Origin: Octopus sinensis | Taxonomy: Eukaryota | Direction: 5' to 3' | DNA: 58,315 nucleotides | Assembly (NCBI RefSeq): GCF_006345805.1 | Contig: NW_021833306.1 | Location: 1-58,315 of the forward strand | In this document: positions 48,925-58,315 of the stretch, in pieces | Layout: each line of letters opens with the position of its first letter | Numbering within the stretch: position 1 is the first letter of the stretch | Translations under genes and position numbers: made by a program | The notes under the pieces: model-generated | What the model was told of the DNA's origin: nothing | Database searches by the model: none | The model's input: the letters and a program-made list of their open reading frames with translations, nothing else

Positions 48925-49326
48925 AACCTTCATCGGTTGTCGGCTGTCCTTCTACTCCTTATTTCGAGCAATGTCACTATAATACTTTGAAGGCAGTTGC
49001 TTACACGAACCAAAATAAAATTTGGGATTTGCGGAAGGTCAAAGTTGGTAACAAAAACAGGACAGTGGAAACATACAAGGAAACCGAACGAAAACAAATA
49101 TGGAGGGTCACTTTCACTACTTTACCTCGACTGATCTATTAGCCCTTCATGTTTGTTTTCGTTCGGTTTCTTTGTATGTCTCCACTGTCCTGTTTTTGTT
49201 ACCAACTTTGACTCTCCTCAAATCTCAAATTTTATTTTGGTTCGCGGAAGCAACTGCCTTCAAAGTTTTATATTCTCGTTGAATGCTCGAAATCAGGAGT
49301 AGAAGGACAAGCGACAACTGATGAGG
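48925..49326. repeat. Diverged inverted repeat, ~183-bp arms, 35-bp spacer (PLE-like)
   Basis: 48925-49107 pairs with 49143-49326. Confidence 0.85.
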
Positions 49327-49520
49327 CGTCGTTCTTTATGTTAGCTGTCTTTTTTTCCATTTATTTCTCTCGTTGTTTGCGTACTCAACTTTATTTTCGT
49401 ATATCATGTTTTTTTACGCTTTGTGACGTCCTGTACCCAAATATGCATATCTATATACATATATACATATGTATGTACATATATATATGTATATATGCAT
49501 ATATATACGTCTACATGTAT

Positions 49521-49726
49521 CTCTTTTACTCTTTTCAGTCATTTGACTGTGGCCAAGGAGAAGCACCGCCTTTAGTTGAGCAAATCGACCCCAGGACTTA
49601 TTCTTTGTAAGCCTAGTATTTATTCTATCGGTCACATTTGCCGAGCCGCTAAGTTACGGAGACGTAAACACACCAGCATCGGTTGTCAAGCGATGTTGGA
49701 GGAACAAACACAGACACACAAACGTA

Positions 49727-49774
<48 letters not shown>

Positions 49775-49943
49775 TATATATATGACGGGCTTCTTTCAGT
49801 TTCCGTCTACCAAATCCACTCACAAGACTGGTCGGCTCGAGGTTATAATAGAAGACCCTTGCCCAAGATGCCATGCAGTGGGACTGAACCCGGAACCATG
49901 TGGCTGGTAAGCAAGCTACTTACCACACAGCCACTCCTGCGCC
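49521..49943 (-). mobile_element. SINE family A, full length
   Basis: Head and tail consensus. Confidence 0.88.
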
Positions 49944-50113
49944 TATAAAATTATTTACGCCCGCAGAGGGACTCGCACCCACGACCCTCAGCTTACTTCT
50001 AAGGCTGACCTATAAAAGTCTGATGCTTTACGCGCGCACGCGCGCACACACTCACACACACGTACACACTCACACACAAGCACATACACACATATACATA
50101 TATGTAAGGGAAA

Positions 50114-51112
50114 TCTATATATATAAAACTCAACTTGTGTGTCTGTGTGTTTAACTTCCCGGCACATCTCCTAGCCAACAAATCGTAGAACCACAAAAAA
50201 TGGGTCACTTAAAGTTTAGGCGAATGAAAATTGAACTGCGCTATTTCTGTTCCGAAATTCATCTCGCAAGTGCAAAAATTGATAGTTCACCACGCGTGCA
50301 AGTATGCGTAAATTGCATGAAAAATAATAAAAAAATCAAGATATAAAAACGAATCGCCGTAAACATTATAGAAATTCGGCAAACAAATGAATTTTCGGGA
50401 TGTAGCCTGGAGGGATTTTTCGTATTAATCGTTTGGACTTTGTGAACACATACCAATTGTTTTCATAACATTTTTAACGCTTTGAATTAAATGTGACTAT
50501 TTTGCGTTGAGTCTGCAGTTTGAATCACTTTAACCAAATTTTAGCAGGCCGGATTTTTGATCATCACGATACATCGCCAGCGACTCCCTGAAACTCTCCC
50601 CTGAAATCCCCGTTGAGAAATCTATATATATAAAACTCAACTTGTGTGTCTGTGTGTGTATCTGTGTGTGTATCTGTGTGTGTGTCTGTGTGTTTAACTT
50701 TTGGATCTACCAAGTTTCATTATTAAGGATGGAGAGTAGTGTGTAGCAAATCTCTATATATAAAGCTGAAGTTGTCTGTGTGTGGCAGGTTTGGTAGCCT
50801 TCAACTAACAATATCTCCTTCGAGACCCTGCAGCGCAAGTTGACCAAAATTGAGAGTATGATAGAAGAAGGCTTGCTCTTCATTCAGTAGAAGATAAAAT
50901 TCAAATAGGATCATGTTAACACCAAAAATTATTTACATCAAAAAGGTACTTTTTTTTCCATGAAAATCCCTATTGCTGTGTCACCATTTCTCGGTGTATT
51001 TCAACTGGAAAAATGTTCACTTGAAGAGAATAACAAGTTGCATTTTACTTTTCAAAAATTCCAATTCTAAAGGGTCGAAACAAACCCAAGCAACACCGGG
51101 TCATACTGCTAG
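50114..51112 (+). mobile_element. Composite non-autonomous Helitron(s): three 5' ends, one 3' end
   Basis: AAA|TC starts at 50114, 50621 and 50751. An imperfect hairpin ACCC..GGGT precedes CTAG|T at 51109-51113. Confidence 0.7.
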
Positions 51113-51179
51113 TGTATATATAAACATGTATGTCTAGATGTATATATAGATGTACATGTAATATGTACACACACACACA

Positions 51180-51216
<37 letters not shown>

Positions 51217-51311
51217 ACACACACAGACACAAACACACACATATATATATATACACATGCATACATATATACACCCATACACACACACACACCGATCCAC
51301 CCCCCACACAA

Positions 51312-51625
51312 ATAGGTGCAGGTGTGGCTGTGTGGTAACAAACTTGGTTCCAAAACACATGGTCCTCAGTTCAATCCCACTGTGTGGTAACTTGACAGGT
51401 CTTCTGCTATAGCCTCAGACCAACCAAAGCCTTGTCAGTGGATTTTGTAGACAGAAACTGAAAGAAATCAATTGTATGTATATGTATGAATATATGTAAG
51501 TCTATGTGTGTGTGTGTGTTTCTCCCTTATCACTACTTCACAACTGGTGTTCGTTTATTTACATCCCCATAACTTACAGGTTTCACAAGAAGAAACTGAT
51601 AGAATAAGTACCAGGCTTATCAAAA
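51312..51625 (+). mobile_element. SINE family A, diverged
   Basis: Head and proximal tail. Confidence 0.75.
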
Positions 51626-51724
51626 TATGAAAAAGGACTATGCAGTGTCTCATATTTTTGTTTGCCCACTCAGTTGTATCTATCAATTTATCTTTGTGTG
51701 TGTGCGTGTGTGTGTATACATACA

Positions 51725-51812
<88 letters not shown>

Positions 51813-51883
51813 TGGATTTCGTGGACAGGAACTGAAACAAATCAATCGTATATATATGTATGCATATATGTAAGTGTATGTGT

Positions 51884-54585
51884 TTTGGTATTGGCAACAT
51901 GAATGACAATGGTCAGAGACTACTTGAATTTTGCACATACCATAACCCGTGCGTCACCAACACATTCTTTGCCAACAAGACATCCCACAAGGCATCTTGG
52001 AGACATCCAAGATCTCACCACTGGCATCAGCTGGATCTCATCATTACACGAAGATCCTTTCTGAATTCTGCTCAGCTGACCCGTAGTTACCACAGCGTGG
52101 ATTGTGACACAAATTATTCACTAATAAGAAGCAGGATGAGGATTCTGCCTAAAAAAGTCCATCACTCCAAGAAAATGGGTCAAATACGCATTAACACTGG
52201 CAGAACCTCAGACCCTACACTGCGACAATGTTTTGCTCTTTCTATCAAGGTTGCCCTCTGCAGCTGCCCAGCCACCTCTGCTGAAAGTAGGTGGAATTAT
52301 ATCAGGAAGCTTTGTATACGACATCAATAGATACTTTCGGCATGAGAGAAAGGCAAAACCCAGATTTTGTTCAGTGCTGGGCTCTTAGAGCTGGAAACAG
52401 TTATCGAAGCAAAACGTGCAGCTCTGATGCAATACAAGAGTGATTCTTCTACAAAGCCACTCGAAGAATTCAGAAAGGCAAGAAATGAAACCCAACTGTC
52501 TGCCAGACGCTGTGCAAATAGGTATTGGCAGGAAATCTGTTAGAGTATCAAGTCAGCTGCTGACAGTGGCGACACCCGTGGGATGTATGCCGGTTTGAAG
52601 AAGGCCCTCGGTCCATCCGCAACCAAGTCAGCTCCTCTGAAATCAACTACTGGGGATCTCATCAAGGACCAAAGCAAGCAAATGGATACACGGGTAGAGT
52701 ACTACCAGGATCTGTACTCACGAGAGACCACGGTAGCTGAGGCTGCAATCGAGGGTGTCAAGATCTTGCCAGTCATGTGTGAACTTGACAGTCTGCCATC
52801 TATAGCAGAGCTCACCAAGTCTATTGACTCCCTAGCTCCGGGAAAAGATGGCATCCCCTTAGAGATCATAAAAACCGGCAAAAACACCATCCTGCTTCGG
52901 CACATTCATGAGCTTCTGTGTCAGTGCTGGGAAGAGGGTACAGTCCCTCAGGCTATGCGGGATGCTAACATCATTACGCTTTACAAAAACAAAGGAGACC
53001 GTGGTGATTGTAACAATTACCATGGAATTTCTCTTCTAAGCATTGTTAGAAAGGCCTCTGCTCGCATTATCCTGTCCAGACTACAACTGCTTGCTTCTCG
53101 AATTTATCTTGAGTCGCAGTGTGGCTTTAGAAGAAGCAGATCAACTATTGACATGATATTCTCCATATGCCAACTTCAGGAGAAGACCAGAGAGCAGAAA
53201 ATGCCATTATATATGGCCTTCATTGATTGGCCTTTGACTTGGTAAGTAGAAAAGGCCTCTTCATCCTGCTCCAAAAACTCGGATGTCCACCAAAGCTGCT
53301 GGGGATCATCAAATCTTTCCATGATGATATGCAAGGCACCATACAACACAATGGTTCAACATCAACCGGCTTCCAAATAAAAATCGGGATAAAGTAAGGT
53401 TGTGTCCTTGCTCCTACATTATTTGTCATCTTCTTCTCGCTGCTGCTGTCACGTGCCTTTCAGACGTCAGATGATGGATTGTTTCTGCACAGTAGAAGTG
53501 ATGGGAAACTGTTCAATCTCTCGCGTCTGCGTGCCAAGACCAAAATCAGAAACGTCCTGATCAAGGAGATGCTATTTGCTGATGATGCCGCTCTGGTATC
53601 ACACACAGAAGAAGCCCTACAAAGGCTCATCAACTGTTTTGAGCAAGCATGTGGCAACTTTGGCTTAATTATCAGCCTCAAGAAGACCAACATCATGGGT
53701 CAGGCTACATCGGACATCCCAAACATACATATTGGAGAGCACAGACTACAGGAGGTGGAGAAGTTTACCTATCTTGGCTCTACTGTCACCTACAACCTAT
53801 CCCTTGATGCTGAGCTCAATATACGCATTGGCAAGGCAGCTGCTGTGATAGCCCAACTCTCCAAACGGGCATGGGACAACAATAAGCTGACCAAGACCAC
53901 AAAAATGAAGATTTGCCAGGCATGTGTACTTAGCACTCTACTGTATGGAAGTGAGACTTGGACGCCATGCACACGCCAAGAGCGTCGCCTAAATATCTTT
54001 CACCTGCGCTGCCTCCGGAAAATCCTTCGCATCAAATGGCAGAATCATGTCCCCAAGAAAGATGTCCTCAAGCAAGCAGGAATACCAAGCATGTTTGCAC
54101 TCCTCACACAAAGATATATGAGATGGCTTCGACATGTTAGCCGTATGGAAGATGGCAGAATCCCTGACATACTCAACGGAGAGCTTGCTAGGGGCACTAG
54201 GTCTGTGGGAAGACCGTTCTTACGATACAAGGACATTTGCAAAAGGGACATGAATGCCTGCAACATCAATATTACCAACTGGGAAGCAGTTGCCAGCAAC
54301 CGTGGAGATTGGCGACGTACCGTAAAAGAGGGAACACAAAGAAGTGACATAGAGAGAGAGGAGAAATGGAAAGACAAAAAAAAATCGTCAAGAAACTATG
54401 ACATTACAACCAGCCAGGCAAAGTCTTCGCTACATTTGCGGCACCTGCCAGAGGGAGTGTTCGTCCAAGATAGGACTACACAACCACAGCAGAAGATGTA
54501 TTTGGACATGAAATGTAAAAGCTGGACTAGATTATTTTATGCGCAACTCTATTGTCTCCCGAGACAAAAAGGATGCCAACAACAA
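51884..54585 (+). mobile_element. 5'-truncated RTE-clade (BovB-like) LINE, disrupted
   Basis: APE C-terminus GNMNDNGQRLLEFC..WRHPRSHHWHQLDLII. RT motifs APGKDGIP, ESQCGFR..STIDMIF, MAFID and LFADDAAL. LLYGSETW..RWLRHV. (CAA)3 tail and ~71-bp TSD. Confidence 0.92.
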
Positions 54586-54869
54586 TATATATGGATTTCG
54601 TAGACAGGAACTGAAACAAATCAATCGTATATATATATGTATGTATATATGTAAGTGTATGTGTGTGTCTTTGTCTTTGTGTTTCACCCTCATCATTGCT
54701 TCACAACTGGTGTTCATTTATTTACATTCACATAAGTTACTGGTTTCACAAGAACAAACTAATAGAATAAGTACTAGGCTTATCAACATAAAAAAGCACT
54801 AGGCTGTCTCATACTTTTGTTTGCCCACTCAGTTGTATCTATCAATTTATCTTTGTATGTGTCTGTGTA

Positions 54870-55130
<261 letters not shown>

Positions 55131-55134
55131 TATA

Positions 55135-56446
55135 ACACTCTAATGGGAGCCTTAACTCCCAATTTTAGTCATTTCTTTTATGATCCAAACTAGGTCAAAA
55201 GTACTGAATGGATCTTTATGAAATTTGGAAATTATATTCTATGCATAAGGGCCATAGCCCCCATGAAAATTCATATATTTTTGCTGTTGATGAAATTTTA
55301 ACCATAGATATTAGACACAAATGAAGTAATATTTATAAAATTTCATCTTACAAAGTTAGAAAGACCCCTCCATGGGGACTTAACACGCACAATTTTGGCA
55401 TTTTATCTAAGCAAAAACGAATACAGTTGTGCTCTTGGAAACTGTAGGGTTACCCGAGCATAAAAGTTGGACAGTATTTCTAATTCAATGGTACAGCAGT
55501 GTAACAGTTTGCTTTGACATACACTTACATTGTGATTTCTGCAACGTGTTGCATAAATTGTCAAGTAAATGAGAGGCATCTTTGCCTCCACTGATTCAGT
55601 TGCAAAGTGTTGAGTAAATTTATTTGATTGCAGATTTCCTTTCAGTCTTTTTATTATCACTCGGTCACACATAGTCCCCAGACGGTAACATTGATTTCAA
55701 GGCCTTGCCAGATGAGTGACTGGTTATTCAAAGACATTTATAGATTTTAAATTTATTCTGTCCAGTTACGTATCAGCATAGTGGTCATCTGCAAACTTCA
55801 GAGTTGTCACTTTAATTTCTCCTTAGCCCTCACGTCACACAGTTGTTAATGTTGATTTCAGTTGGGTCACGCCCTTCCAATTGCTATAGATTCGTAATGC
55901 ATCTTACGGCTGTGCCTGTCACCTGGATGGTGAGGAATCCTACATTTGGAGTGGTAACGACTAGCGTAGGGTAACTGACTGCCTATTGTGATCATTCGTC
56001 TTTTGGTTTCCTGTAGCTTTGCTCTCTTTTACAACCCCAGTGAACATATATTTCCTATTTCAAAGAAATTCAAACAATAGATATAAGACCCAAGTTAAAA
56101 AATTTTCAACAATTCAACTTCTCTGGTTGACATTAAGATGCCCATCCCCAACAGGGGCCTTAACTCTCACATTTTAGAGCTCCATGACCTTCATTTTTCA
56201 GGGGTAAAATCTTTTTAACAGGTTCAATAAGACTGGAATTTTGGAATATGCGCATAAAAATCAGTAGCATGGGATACATGTGGCACGATTACAATTTTTT
56301 TAGGGTGTGTAAAGAGGGAAATAACTCTCATCCGCAATTTTGATGAAATTCGAAACATAGATATTCCAGTTCATTACAGAAGATATAACAGAAAAGTTTA
56401 ATTCTTCATTTGAATATAACCGGGCAACGCCGAGTATCTCTGCTAG
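55135..56446 (+). mobile_element. Helitron-like element (clear 3' end, uncertain 5' end) spanning a degraded RTE fragment
   Basis: 3' end ACCGGGCAACGCCGAGT..CTAG|T. An internal motif GG(A/G)(G/C)CTTAAC recurs at ~55144, 55374 and 56155. The minus-strand VTTLKFADD remnant lies near 55780-55810. Confidence 0.4.
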
Positions 56447-56467
56447 TATAGAATAAAACTAACTACA

Positions 56468-56641
56468 GACACAAGAGTGGCTATGTGGTAAGAAGCTTGC
56501 TTCAAAACCTCATGGTTCCGGGTTCAGTCCCACTGCGTGTCACCTTGGGCAAGCATCTTATACTTAGCCTCGCTCGGGCCGATCAAAGCCTTGTAAGTGG
56601 ATTTGGTAGACAGAAACTGAAAGAAGCCCATCTTACATACA

Positions 56642-56682
<41 letters not shown>

Positions 56683-56884
56683 ACACACACATATATATGT
56701 ATGTATTTGTGCGTTTGAGTTTACCCCCAACCATCGCTTGACCGTAACTTAGCGGTCCGGCAAAAGTCAGCGATAGAATAAATACTAGGCCTATAAAGAA
56801 TAAGTCCTAGGGTTGATTTGTTCGGATAAAGGCGGTGCTCCAGCATGGCGGCAGTCAAATAACTGATACAAGTAAAAGAATAAA
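56468..56884 (+). mobile_element. SINE family A, near full length
   Basis: Head, (AC)n and tail. Confidence 0.85.
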
Positions 56885-57105
56885 TGCAGCGATTAAAATG
56901 AGATTTTATAAAGTCGTTTCTCCTAGATTCGAGCTTCCATTTTCTCTAAATAACTAAAGACTTCATTAAAAATTTTTAACTTATAGTGATTTTTATGAAT
57001 TTTATCAAAATGAATCGTATAAATATTGCGATTATAACTTTAGCTTTAATGAATTAGGAGCTAGCAATGTTATTAAGTATGGCAACAAAACACGTTGTAT
57101 ATATT

Positions 57106-57166
<61 letters not shown>

Positions 57167-57329
57167 TTACATATACATATAATATATACACTCAACACAC
57201 GCTCATACACACACACGTGCTCACACACACATACACGTACACACACAATGTATATATTGACTTCAGCAATGTAGCTTCACGTGTGCTGTTAGACATTTCT
57301 TCTCTATCTTCCAACTTCTCACTTTCTCC

Positions 57330-57362
57330 TTTCCGACGAAGAGCAACGCTCGAAACGTCAAA
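57330..57362 (+). ncRNA. Minimal hammerhead variant (U4C), same type as 41311
   Basis: TTT-CCGACGA-A-GAGC-AAC-GCTC-GAAA-CG-TC-AAA. Confidence 0.45.
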
Positions 57363-57910
57363 CTGTCGCCTTTCACTGAGCATCAAGCTAATACATTCCT
57401 TTGTCTTTTTTTCTTTCTCTTATTTGAATTCTTTTTATTGTGAATTGGTTGTTTATTTGAAATGAATATATGTATGTATGTGTGTGATAAGTTTAGAGTT
57501 ATCCGGGTAGCCCTCAGTTATGTTCCAGGTTACTGCTAATTGCATCGACTAGTATTTAACGTCTATGGCTACTACGAGTTGTCACTCAAACTGTAAATTC
57601 CACCGATAGGTTATTCCGTGCTCCCTTCACTGGATAATGATATCCTCTGGAGCGTATATTTGTAATAACTACAAGGACACAGAATATGGAGACTGGTACA
57701 TCCTCAAAATTTATTTACTGTTAATTTACAATGTCAAACAGCATTTTTTTATGCTTACGACGACCTACTCGTGTTTCGACTGCACAGAGTATGAGCAGTT
57801 GCATATGCGACCGGGCATAGTTTACTATCAAACTTTGGTTGATCCGAAGAAATAGTAAAAGATTCTTGCCCAAGATGCCACGCAGTGGGACTGAACTCGG
57901 AACCATGCGG

Positions 57911-58315
57911 TTAGTTAGTTAGTTAACTTTTTGGCTCAAAAAGCAAAAAGCAAGGCCATGTAGGGGGACATGGAGTTATGTACAGGGTGGTGTTCATGTA
58001 AAGAGTTCAGGCCACTTGTGGTCAAGGGAGACTTTGAACCAAGCGGTCGTTGGCATCTTCACTATCTCGTCCGGCAGCTTATTCCATGGATCCGCAACCC
58101 GGGCGGAGAAAGCCCCTCTCTTTCGATTGAGATGAAATCGTCGCAGATAGAGCTTTTCGGAGTGACCCCGCAGCCGACGCTCTGGAGCAGGAGTGAAGAA
58201 CAGCTCTTTCGAGAGGTTACACTTTCCGCTAAATGTTGTAAGCAAGAATGAGATCACCACGGCGTCGTCGTTTTTCTAGAGAATAAAGGTCGAGCATCTT
58301 CAGCCTTTCTTCATA
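57911..58315 (-). mobile_element. CR1/L2-group LINE 3' end with (CTAA)n tail, continuing beyond the window
   Basis: LKMLDLYSLEKRRRRGDLI and RLRGHSEKL..R..AFSARV..PWNKLPDEIV..FKVSLD. The tail is at 57911-57926, inserted into a SINE A head. Confidence 0.88.

Noticed and set aside
53579-53600. CTGANGA hits inside LINE coding sequence (also near 21406, 21568 and 58238)
   Set aside because: They are codon-derived (e.g. FADD) and lack hammerhead stems.

Overview
AT-rich, microsatellite-dense animal genomic DNA with no recognisable host protein-coding gene. Nearly all long ORFs in the track are translations of (TA)n, (TG)n, (TATG)n, (TCTA)n and trinucleotide repeats. The SINE repertoire and repeat density point to an octopod cephalopod (inference). 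Recognisable content: a near-full-length but disrupted R4/Dong-like RLE LINE (about 18.1-22.0 kb, minus) with several 3' fragments, mostly sitting in (TAA)n; a 5'-truncated RTE LINE (51.9-54.6 kb) with a ~71-bp target duplication; a CR1-type 3' end; a mariner remnant; a Tigger/pogo-like MITE; several non-autonomous Helitron/HINE elements; Penelope-like (PLE) GIY-YIG fragments; a gag-like CCHC ORF with no pol; and many tRNA-derived SINEs, including Meta-domain SINE multimers. The most notable signal is nine type I hammerhead ribozyme motifs plus one weaker candidate, from several different families, read by eye. Most lie in small ORF-less modules. These include two ~450-bp terminally redundant, retrozyme-like units and a 559-bp foldback palindrome with an identical hammerhead in each arm. 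All family assignments and folds were made by eye, with no database search or folding software. Element boundaries not anchored by a TSD, TIR or terminal motif are approximate.
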